The position numbers and the translations under genes were made by a program. From Octopus vulgaris (taxonomy: Eukaryota), in contig OX597816.1 of the NCBI GenBank assembly GCA_951406725.2, forward strand, positions 47,678,001 through 47,742,000: DNA of 64,000 bases, given 5' to 3'. Below the pieces are notes generated by a model. It was not told the DNA's origin and searched no databases. It was given only the letters and a program-made list of their open reading frames with translations. This document shows positions 53,272 through 64,000 of this stretch, one piece after another. Within the stretch, counting starts at the first letter, position 1, and every line of letters starts with the position of its first letter.

Positions 53272-53487
53272 CTTTTAATTTTTTTATTCTTTTAATTGTT
53301 TCAGTCATTTGACTGCAGCCATGCTGGAGCACCACTTTTAGTCTAACAAATTGATCCCAGGACTTATTCTTTGTAAGCCTAGTACTTATTCTATTGATCT
53401 CTCTTGCCGAACCGCTAAGTGACAGGGATGTAAACACACCAGCATCAGTTATCAAGCGATGTTGGGGGAACAAACACAGACACAGAA

Positions 53488-53518
<31 letters not shown>

Positions 53519-53688
53519 CGTATATACGATGAGCTTCTTTCAGTTTCCGTCTACCAAATCCATTCAAAAGGTTTTGGTCGGCCTAAGGCTATAGTAGAAG
53601 ACACTTGCCCAAGGTGCTGCAAAGTGGGACTGAACCTGGAACCATGTGGTTAGTAAGCAAGTTATTTACAACACAGCCATTCCTGCGT
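53272..53688 (-). mobile_element. SINE family B, full length
   Basis: Collinear with 12850-13258. Confidence 0.85.
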
Positions 53689-54988
53689 TTATGTATATTT
53701 TTCCCCAGAGATACATAAATAGAGAGAAGGAAGAAAGGAAGAAAGAAATAAAGGGGGAGAGAGAGAGGACGGGGAAAGAGACTGAGAGATAGAGCGACAG
53801 AGGGAGAAGTTCATTGTTGCCAACCAAGGAAACAGTTTAATAATTCCTTAAATTTCGCTACTCCTTCTTTACTCTAGCTTTCCTTATGCTTTCACTACAA
53901 CCATCTCCATCACTAATTCGATCATATAGGTAACAAAAAATTATTAACAATGTCTAGTGAGCTGTATGAGCCGTACATTGATTTCTTTTGATTAGTGCTC
54001 CGACTGCTAACTACCCCCATGTATATAACACATTTGAATTCCTGATATAAATATATCTATACACTAATTCACCCACCCACATACAACATACACACTCACA
54101 CACATCCCTTTTATATATGATTATATTCCTAACTAGTATAGACAGTGAGTGTGTTTCTATTGATTTTCAAAATGAGAATTCAATGTATTTTGTGAAATAA
54201 CCATATTTTATTGGTATATTAAGCTGGTTGTTAGAATACATTTTAAAAGGTTCTTGCATAAAATTGTGATTGAAATTTTCCCTCAAGTTATTATTTATGC
54301 AATAACAAGATTTTTGGTAGAGATATTAATTTCAATATGGAAACTTTAATATGGACTTTAATATGGTTTCAGGCAGTTTGGTAACTTAGGCTAGGTATAT
54401 GCCAAAATGCAGATTTGTTGATATAAAATATTTGATGTATCAGTCTTTGTTAAATTTCACTGTTTGATAAGCATTCTCAGTTCATACTTCCTAAATAGAA
54501 ACATTGTCCTCATTTTAACCCTTTTGATACCAACATGCCCAAAAACTGCCCAGGTTCTATGACATAAACTTCCAGTTTTAAATGAATCTAAATGAAAACT
54601 TCTCACCAAAATTTTGTTAATTCATATTTCAGACATTAGCTTAATAAGGACAAAGTGATTTTAGTAAGTTATACATTATTATCAAAATTAATTGAAGCAA
54701 TGGTAATATATTTCAACAGAAATATGGTAACAAATGGTTTAAAGTATGTAGGGATTTATAGATTTGGTATTTTTCTTCTATATTGACCAAGTTCATAGGG
54801 GCTCTTACACTGGTAGCATTTCTGGTTGTGTCCCTACCATAGTTATTATAAGAAATATTACTGTAAAATTATGGAGATGTACTTGCATAGCAAGTGACCT
54901 GATCAGAGATTGTGTGCTGGAATGAAAACAATTGCAGCATGGAAGGTGTTTATAAGCCATTTAAGAAACACACACAAAAAAACCCCGT

Positions 54989-55129
54989 TAGATTCACTTC
55001 AACATTTGAATTTAATTTGCCAAAATATTTTCGTCACTTTGAGCACGGAATTTTGTCAGTGAACAGGTCACGGTCTCAAAGCGAAGAAAATATTTTGGCA
55101 AATTAAATTTAAATGTTGAAGTGAATCTA
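54989..55129. repeat. Palindrome (~55-bp arms) with a hammerhead-shaped motif at the apex
   Basis: tagattcacttcaacatttgaatttaatttgccaaaatattttcgtcactttgag versus ctcaaagcgaagaaaatattttggcaaattaaatttaaatgttgaagtgaatcta. Confidence 0.85.
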
Positions 55130-55488
55130 TTGTAAAATGTAGATGTTAAAATGTGATATGTCAATTTGAAAAACTCTAGAAAGCTGTTGGTAAAGATAGG
55201 ACTATTCCATCAAGTTGGATGATGCTCTTTTGCCGGTGTGAATGATACAAATTCACTTTGTATACTAGATGCTCCATGATCTGGTTAATTTAATAATCAC
55301 TTTACAGAGACGCACTTGTCTCAGGCTGAGTGTTGAATATCGCACATATTGGCCATTTAAGAACACAAAAAAACTGTTAACTTCACTTAAACATTTATTA
55401 TTTGGTGTCACACTTTCTGTTGTACTATTTGCAACATGGTCACTGATATGATTCAACTACAACCCAATAATCTCTTTTCCCTCTAGAA

Positions 55489-55817
55489 CTATGGATCCTG
55501 AGGATCCATATAAGACTTTGGGGTCCACCACGTGACAAAATAATAAATTGGAGGTTCACAAAAATATTTCAAAGGGCTCTGTAAAGATTTTACTTTAGAT
55601 GTATGTATTATTGTGTATTGTAAGAAACAGTGAGGTTTCTTTCTCTAACATTTTACATAGTTCAACCTGCACAAGTTAATGTATGGAAAACGAAGTAAGA
55701 ATTTTGAAAGAAGTGTCTATAAAACTAGTTTATAAACATTGAATGACTACAGGGATCCACCAGAATAAAATAGCGATCAAAGGGGTCTATAGGTAAAAAA
55801 ATGGTTGAGAACACCTG
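55489..55817. mobile_element. hAT (Charlie-like) MITE
   Basis: Right end ggttgagaacacctg; 8-bp ctctagaa on both flanks; left TIR decayed. Confidence 0.55.
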
Positions 55818-55940
55818 CTCTAGAAGAAAGAAATTAAAGTACCTTAGGGACTAGAAAGTACATTTCCAAACATTCTTTTTCAGATTTCAGTTATTGGCCT
55901 GCATCTATACTGGGGCACCACTTCAACAGTTTCACCCAGT

Positions 55941-55999
<59 letters not shown>

Positions 56000-56168
56000 G
56001 TTATTAATATTTGGGAAGTTTTTTCTGAGTCCACTTTTTCCTAATTTTATTCCACATTTCTGTTCATTATTTACTAAAGTAAAATTATTCCAACAACTTC
56101 TAGTTATATAATTTTAGTTTGTCATGTCTTGATATACGATGTAAATAGCAAAATAAGTGCATATAAAA

Positions 56169-56273
56169 TAGACCTGATGATTGGCAATATAATCATTTTG
56201 ATATGGTATTGTATAGAAAAATTCTATTTCTGCAATATCGAGGAATATGTTGTTACGAAACGCGCATAGTCTA
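56169..56273 (+). ncRNA. Type I hammerhead motif with long loop II
   Basis: tagac-CTGATGA-t-tggcaatat...atgttgtta-c-GAAAC-gcgc-ata-gtcta: perfect 5-bp stem I, 9-bp stem II with G-U pairs. Confidence 0.65.
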
Positions 56274-56451
56274 GATAATGTAAAGTATATGATTTGTAAT
56301 AGGAATTGAATGTATTAATTTTGATAATTTGGAATAAGAATTGTAGGTATTAATTTTGATAATTTTAATAATTAGTCCTATATGTACCTATCATGGATAA
56401 TGTCATTCAATGATGATTGAGTTGCTTGAGGGTGATTCCGTCTCTTAAAAC

Positions 56452-56511
<60 letters not shown>

Positions 56512-56619
56512 TTTCCAGTATTTAGTTTTGTAGTCATTTTATCAATCTTTATTTATTCAACAGTTAACATATTCTTTGAGAGTTTCGTGTATGATTTTTC
56601 TTTGAGTTTTATTTAAGTA

Positions 56620-56972
56620 CTTCTTAACTAGTCGCTAACAAAGTAACAAGACTTTTTGAGTTAAGAGAGTTCTGTGTTTGTAAATATGTGGTTGATTTGG
56701 TGTGTAGGTTAAACTGTCGATGCATACAACCAAGTGTGTGCATCTGTTCACATAAGAATCTCACATGGAGAATTTTCGAATGCCTTACAGATCTTCCCTG
56801 CATCACTAAAAGATTGGATTTGAAGAATCTGCATCAGTTTCTTTGGCTCTTTCTTCATGAAACAACGTATTTCTAGGTTGTTGTGCAAATTTGTTGGTAT
56901 GTAGCCTAATGGTGGGTACAAATGAGAATTTATAGTCAGAGTACAAGAGCTGTAAGTTCTGCATCAACTCAC
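56620..56972 (-). mobile_element. Restriction-like-endonuclease LINE (CRE/R4-like) C-terminal fragment
   Basis: ELMQNLQLLYSDYKFSFVP..GYIPTNLHNNL..LMQILQIQS..KICKAF. Confidence 0.55.
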
Positions 56973-57063
56973 ATGTATGTATGTATGTATGTATGTATGT
57001 ATGTATGTATGTATGTATGTATGTATGTATGTATGTATGTATGTATGTATGTATGTATGTCCA

Positions 57064-57517
57064 CCTTATTAGAATGAAGGATAGAAGGATTCCTAAGCAG
57101 ATGCTCTATGGAGAACTTGTGAATAGAAGGAGACTCCGGCAGAAACCAAAGCTGTGATTTAAGGACTTTGTCAAGTCCTCATTAAAGGCCTGTGATATGC
57201 AGGACACTGACTGGGAGAACAATGCCTGTCATCGCCACAGATGGAGGAAGCAGGTTAAGGAGGGGACCGACACTTTTGAGAGAGCACGTATCCAGCATGA
57301 AGAACTTACGCGAGCTGCGTGAAAGCACACGGCTCATATAGTGAATGGGAAAAGCTTGGTCTGCAATGTTTGCAGTTGTGTATGCTTGTCAAGAGCAGGG
57401 CTCATTAGCCGCCAACAGAGCCGCAAATGCAAAATATAAGTTAGTCCTAGAGCGCACAATGTTCCTGAAGGACGGCAATGGTCTTCCTCGGTCACGAGTG
57501 GACAGCCATCATCCATC
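57064..57517 (+). mobile_element. RTE (BovB-like) 3' fragment with TSD
   Basis: IRMKDRRIPKQMLYGEL..FKDFVKSSLK..WRKQVKEG..CNVC..SRAGLIS; atgtatgtcca at 57053-57063 and 57518-57528. Confidence 0.85.
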
Positions 57518-57528
57518 ATGTATGTCCA

Positions 57529-57880
57529 TTATTCAGTTTATTTTAAGGTTTCTTGCCAATAGAGAAAGAACCGGTTTCTAACCTAGATCCAAGACTCCTT
57601 CATTGGAATTTCAACATCAACAGGGTATTTTTGTATGTACATAAGTATATGTGCAGATTTGTACATTTTGTTTAATGTATGTATTCACATGCATATAGTT
57701 GCATATACAGAAATGCACATACATACTTAAATGATAAACTTCTGGAAAGTTTTTCAGATTTCTACAGTTTCAGTGATAGTTTGGATCTGTAGTCTTCGAA
57801 TCAGCTTTCTCTTTTCTGGTTTTGAGAAGCCTAATTTCTCAAGATTGGTATTCTGCTTTCTTAAATGGGCAGTTTTTTCT
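57529..57880 (-). mobile_element. Second CRE/R4-like LINE 3' end; its (CATA)n tail is 56975-57060
   Basis: GFSKPEKRKLIRRLQIQTITETVEI*KTFQKFII*, homologous to 56620-56972. Confidence 0.55.
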
Positions 57881-57889
57881 CAGGTACAG

Positions 57890-58240
57890 ACCTCCATGTG
57901 AAAAACATGAACTCATTTCCTGGTTTTTGTCCTGTTTGTACTGTATTTTAGTACACACTTGATTTCTATTCTGCCTGTTTCGCATTTGTTTCACTTGGGA
58001 GTAATCTTTATGTTCAACTTTTTCTGTGTATTCTCTTAAAATTTACTATTCTTTCACACTATCTTGACTTAAATTTACTATTCTTTCACACTCTTCTGAC
58101 AGTTGTTGTAAGGTTACAGCTTGATTTTTTTCCCGCTTAGCAAGAATTCTTGTTCTTCTGTCTTTTTCTGAAGTTAGTCCCTGAGTGAATATCAGGCACT
58201 TGAACATATCTGGCGTTAATGTCACATTCTTTGCCACCAC
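57890..58240 (-). mobile_element. Gypsy-type LTR retrotransposon gag fragment
   Basis: LTPDMFKCLIFTQGLTSEKD..RTRILAK..VTLQQLSEECERIVNL. Confidence 0.65.
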
Positions 58241-58599
58241 TGAAATTTTCTGTCAGGCTGTTATAAAGTCCACTCCTGTATAGCAGTATAGTTAGTTAGA
58301 CAAGTAAGACATGACTATCCATCTATGACTGACTACCTCCTCTTGACATCACAATATTTATAACTACTAGCAAATACCACTCGTCACATGTGAGGGGTGT
58401 TCCATTATTACTATTATCCCCATAACACTTTTCAACCTTTCAAAGTCGATAAAATAAGTACCAGTCAGGTACTGGGGTTGAGGTGATTGACTATCCTACT
58501 CTCCTTAAATTCCAGTCCTTGTGCATATAGTAGAAAGGATTATTATTATTATTGTTGTTGTTGTTGTTATTATCATTATTATTATTGTTATCATCATTA

Positions 58600-59680
58600 T
58601 TCAGTAGTCTTATTTTATCATGAACTTTCACTGCACTACCGAGTGTAGCTCTGTGTGCCTTGTGTATGTGCTGCGGTTTGTTGTGATGCTCTTATTTTTA
58701 CTGTATCGAAAGTGTTTTATGTAGGATCTGTGTGGTGCCTAGTGCTATTTTTCATATGTTATGTATACTTGTTAGTCATGTGTTTTTGTTATGTATTTGT
58801 CTGAATATTTTTTATCATACCCGATGCACCTACTATGTTAGGAATTATTACTGTTTTGAGACCCCACATTTGAGTTACCTCTATTTCCAGGTCTTTGTAT
58901 TTTGAAAGTTTTTCCATTTCTTTTAGAGAAGCGTTTTCATCTGTTGGTATCGATACATCAATTAGAAAACATTTTTTTCTTGATGATCTCTGACAACTAT
59001 ATCTGGTCTGTTGGCCTTAATTTCTCTATCTGTGTGTATTGGCATATCCCAGAGTATGGTTGCTTACTCATTGTTTGTGACCTTTTCTGGTGTGTTCCTA
59101 CACCATCTTTTTCTGTTGTTATTCCATAGTGTTGGTACAGCCTCCAGTGTATATAGATCTTAACTCTGTCGTGTCTGTGAATATATTCTTTCTTAGCCAA
59201 GAGTGGGAAGCCAGAGACAATATGATTTATTGTTTCGAGTCCATCTCCACATATTCTGCAGTTACTTATTATGTTTCTTTTCATTACATGCTTTTGGTAA
59301 TTTCTGGTGGGGAGGCTTTGGTCTTGTGCTGCAATTAAAAATCCTTCAGTCTCTACCCTGAGCTTCTTAGCCATTGTTGGGATTTTGCTTTGTCTATATC
59401 TTTACTGTTTAGTTTAACCCAATATTTGCCATGTAGGGACTTTTCTTGCTATTGTTTTATCATGATCCATTGCTGTTCCAGTTTTAGTTTGGATTTCCGT
59501 TGTTTTACAGCTTTTGTTGTTTCTTCCGTTTCTTCATAGCCATTAGGTACTATGACTTTTTTTGTGTATTTGTCAGCTTCTCTAAAGACAAAAAAAAATG
59601 ATTTTTTTGGTTTTGTTCATGTTTTGTAGCTACTTGTATAAGTTTTCCTTGCCTCTGATGTAGGTATTTCTGTAGTCCTA
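58600..59680 (-). mobile_element. R4/Dong-clade LINE 3' portion (CCHC-like finger plus restriction-like endonuclease)
   Basis: ETEGFLIAAQDQSLPTRNY..CRICGDGLETINHIVSG..YIHRHDRV..LWDMPIHTDREIKANRPDIVV; ends in a TAA-rich tract at 58541-58600. Confidence 0.85.
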
Positions 59681-59774
59681 TGGTTGTTGTTGTTATTATT
59701 ATTATTATCATCATCATCAACATCATCATCATCATCATCATCATCATCATTATCATTATTATTTTTATTATCCT

Positions 59775-60316
59775 TATTGAGTGAGAGAGCAGTGCATGCC
59801 ATCAAAGTGACACTGAGCTAAAATATACGAAGCCAAGTATACCCATCATGACTATCCATCTGATAAGGGTACACTAGACACATACATCACAACCATATGT
59901 ACGCGACATGGTGATCTCATATCAAGATAAACTGCACATGACCCAGTTAGAATTTTCTTCTGGTCGAGTAACCCATCCCGCTCAAAAGGTCCCTGAATAA
60001 GGGTTGTTTAAGGATGTTGAATGAAACACCCATGTTTCCAGAGATGAATTATTCAAACCCCAAAGAATCCCTCTCAACACATGGCTATGATGCTCCCCCA
60101 CTACTTCTGCTCATGATCAGAGATGCACATAACATCAGCCAAAGGGACATGCTCAACTGGTTAAAGTCAAACAACTGACAAGCAAATTTGTGGTATTGAG
60201 CAGAATATTTGCTGTAGCCCATCTTTTATACCAAGACAAAACAATGTACATGGTAACACTTCCAATCAGTTAAGATCAGAAGCAATAAGAGCCACTGCCT
60301 GGTGCTGCATCAGGGC

Positions 60317-60320
<4 letters not shown>
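59775..60320 (+). repeat. Second copy of the ~550-bp (TAA)n-associated repeat
   Basis: Reverse complement of 34055-34600; followed by (TTA)n to 60381. Confidence 0.85.
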
Positions 60321-60382
<62 letters not shown>

Positions 60383-61137
60383 TTAAAATAATTTGATTTG
60401 ACTAAATGAGGCTAACAAGCTAGGTTTCTGAAAGAATTTTGCAAAAAGAAGTTGCATGGAGCTGAATTAAAATGTTTTAAGTAATAAATATATGTAGCTC
60501 CTACTGAATGTTTTGAGTGCCTCTCTGTTTCATTTGTCCAGACACAAACACACAGATCTATATATGCATGCATGTGTGTGTGTGTGTGTGATGGGTTTCC
60601 ACAATTTTCATCACCCGAATTACTTCATTCATAAGATGCTGCCAGCCTGAAGCTTTGAGGTTAAACTTAAAACTGTTATGGTTGAAAACCTGACTTGTTA
60701 ACCACAAAGCCATTAAAAGCTTGCATACATATTAGAAATTTGTTAGAGATTAAATGATTTAAAATTTTAAGATTGAGTCTTTTGAAACAAGACAATAATA
60801 ACTGAAAAAGGATCAATTTCTTTCTTTGCCTTTTTTTTGTTTTTTTTTTGTTTTTGCATTTTCGAATAATTCATTATCGAGAAATTCATCTATGCCTTTT
60901 TCTTGCTTTTGTTGTTTTTTTGTTTTACCCAGAAATGAAAGTAGAGAGAAATTTCAATGTATCTTTTGTTTTATTAACAGCAACCATTTTAATTTGACAT
61001 AATAATTTCATTGTTTTGATATAGCTTAATATAAAATACATTTCATACATATATATGAATATACACATATATATACATACATACATATATATTTATTTTA
61101 TTTTATCTAGTTTCAGCTCACGAGCTGTGGCCATGTG

Positions 61138-61206
<69 letters not shown>

Positions 61207-62633
61207 TTATATGTATATATTTATATATTTATACGTATATAAAATATTCATATATGTATATATAAAAATATACATATATAAATAAATATATATATATAAA
61301 CATATATATATATATATATATATACATACATATACACATGCATAGATTTATATATGTGTGTGTGTGAATGTGTGTGTGTGTGTGTGTGTGTATTCATAGT
61401 AGCTGTGTACTTTACAAGATATTTAATGTTTTTGCAGCGATATTTAGTTTTTAAAATATTGCCTGAAAATGAACCTTTATTTCTATTGATATTTAATTTC
61501 ATGCTGGAATTATAACTCTTCAAGTGTTCACATTCATTCTCTCAATTATGATTTATGTTTCCACAGTGGTGATTTACCATTGTATTGAGGCATTCATTAT
61601 CTCCACTTCTTTTATTTTCAGCAGAAACATCAAAAGATATTTCATGGTTGAAGATTTTATTGACTAACGCCTATTTGTTTTCTTTTGTAACTAAGCCATC
61701 TAAAAATGCATACACAGGCACATGCATACATATATGCATGCATAGATACATATACACACCAATATAAATATATATATATACATATACCCATAGAAGCAAC
61801 TGCACACTACTGTAGCTCAAATTTTCCATATTTCACTGTTTCCAACAAGTTCGTTCAACTGAAAGAATGTCTGCGCGATTCTGTTCTAAATATTTATAAC
61901 AGGTTATCTATTTTAAGATCGGTAAAAATTCAACAACAACAAAAATTTCTGTAATCTTGATATATATATCCATTGTGTCTTCTTTGAAAATATTATGGTT
62001 TTAAGTTAAAACCAACTGAAGAGATATTCTTCAAATTTAGTTTACACATTTAAATATGTCACTAAATATCTGAGTTTTCTTTTCATTTCTATTCATAAAT
62101 TAGAAAGTAAAGTTTCTCTTATTTCATGAATATAAAAATCGTGCATAATTTCTCTTAATGTTCAGATATTGATACATGGGTTGTGACAGGGTGAAAAATT
62201 CCAGAGAAGGTAGTTGAAATACCAGAACATTAGTCTGCATGGAAAGAGCTGCATCAATAAAATGGATAATAGGAAATGTATTTAGATATGGAGAATTCTT
62301 CTGAGTAGGTAATAATATTGAATTTCAGAATATGGATGAAGGAGAAATTGTGAGATGTATATTATAAGGAAAACATAGTAAAATGTGTGTAACAGTATAC
62401 AAACAACACTGCTGGTGTTATTTGAAGGGCAATAGATATATATATATGTATATAGATGTGTGTCACTGTATGTGTGTGTGTGTGTGTGTGTGAAAGAGAG
62501 AGAGTCCATGTGTGTGTGTGTGTGCAGCTGTGTGTGTGTTTGTATGTGTATATGTACATATATACATGCATATATATGTTTATGTATGTTTATATATGTA
62601 TGTCTATGTATGTTTATTAAGTGTTTATGTATG

Positions 62634-62688
<55 letters not shown>

Positions 62689-63269
62689 CATACATACACA
62701 CACTTATATATATACATATGGATAAGTATTATATATATGAGTGTATGTATATACATGTGTATATATATGTATATATGTGTATATATATGTGTGTGTATAT
62801 ATGTATGTATATATATACATATATATATATAGATAGATACACACAAACACACACATACAGATGCATATAGATGCATACATGTACAAATATACAATATACA
62901 GATGTATATATATATGCTTATACATACGCACACACACACACATACACATGTAAGGAGCGCATATATGTATGCATGTCTGTGTATATGTGTGTATGTATGT
63001 GTGTATGTGTGTGTGTGCATATGTGTGTGTATGCATGTGTGTGTGCATGTGTGTGTACCACTGTAACTCTACAATGATGGAAATGGTTAAAGTAGAAGAG
63101 TGACAGTTCATGTATGGCAGAGTATATAATTTCAATACTGCTAGTTTTTGGTGTTAAAATCTCACTCGGATTGATTTTTTTTCCTGCTCCCCACCCCCAT
63201 CTTTGCATGCTTCCGGGCAGTCAATAAAATAAGCATCAGTAATATATTGGGATTGATTGAATTGGTAAC

Positions 63270-63879
63270 ACCACCCACCACCCGCCACCCATCACCACAA
63301 CCCACCACAGCACCTACTTACTGCTCCTCTTTATCATCATCATCATCATCATCATCGTGTCCATCGTAATGATTTTCGTGATTGTGACCGTGATGATGAT
63401 AATGATGATGATGACGACGATGATGACAATGTTAATGATGATGATGATGATGATGATGATGATGGCAATTGCATACCACCACCACCACGCTCTCCACCTC
63501 CCCTCTTCCTCCTTTTTCTTCCTCTCAACATCATTCTTTTCCTCATCATCTCTGCCACTCCACCACCACCATCACCACCACCACTGCCATCAACATCATC
63601 ATCATCATCATCATCAACACCAGCACCACCAGCATCTCCAGCACCACCACCACCACCACCAGCTCCACCACCACCACCACCACCACCACTGCTACCACCA
63701 CCAACACCACTGCCATCACCACCACCACTGCCACCACCACCACCAACACCACCATTGCCACCACCACCAACACCACTGCCATCACCACCACCACCACCAC
63801 CATCACCACCACCACCACCACCACCACCACCACCACCACCACCACCACCACCACCACCACCGTCATCATCACCACCACC

Positions 63880-63961
<82 letters not shown>

Positions 63962-63965
63962 CCAT
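63270..63965. repeat. Compound (ACC)n/(ATC)n/(GAT)n trinucleotide tract
   Basis: Direct reading of the sequence. Confidence 0.95.
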
Positions 63966-64000
63966 TTTTTAAAATTTCAGACAGTTGCAATTTTGAATAT

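Noticed and set aside
62282-63208. YI/HT/CV-repeat ORFs throughout the window
   Set aside because: Products of (TA)n, (CA)n and (TACA)n tracts
63352-63990. Long Gly/Asp/Thr/Val-rich ORFs (likewise 27428-27961, 15663-15962, 32645-33031)
   Set aside because: Translations of trinucleotide microsatellites, open in several frames on both strands

Overview
This is AT-rich eukaryotic DNA, dense in microsatellites and transposon debris. It is most likely an intronic or intergenic stretch of an Octopus genome, inferred from tRNA-derived SINE families and RTE tails typical of octopus; I ran no database search. No intact protein-coding gene is supported, and almost all long ORFs in the track are microsatellite artefacts. 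Recognisable content: decayed LINEs (Tx1/L1-like, several RTE, R4/Dong- or CRE-like), Penelope-like element (PLE) remnants, DNA transposons (DD41D, Tc1, mariner, Tigger, hATm-like, piggyBac/hAT MITEs, Helitron/Helentron-like), a Gypsy gag fragment, three tRNA-derived SINE families and a 5S rRNA pseudogene. The strongest unexplained signal is about ten minimal type I hammerhead-ribozyme (HHR) motifs, several at or near the apex of long palindromes. One sits in a head-to-head dimer of a tRNA-head/(TAA)n/hammerhead element (31337-32235), a candidate Pol III-driven, ribozyme-bearing non-autonomous retroelement. A second signal is a tandem array of ~60-65 nt units in RTE 3' UTRs, each able to form a compact H-type pseudoknot.
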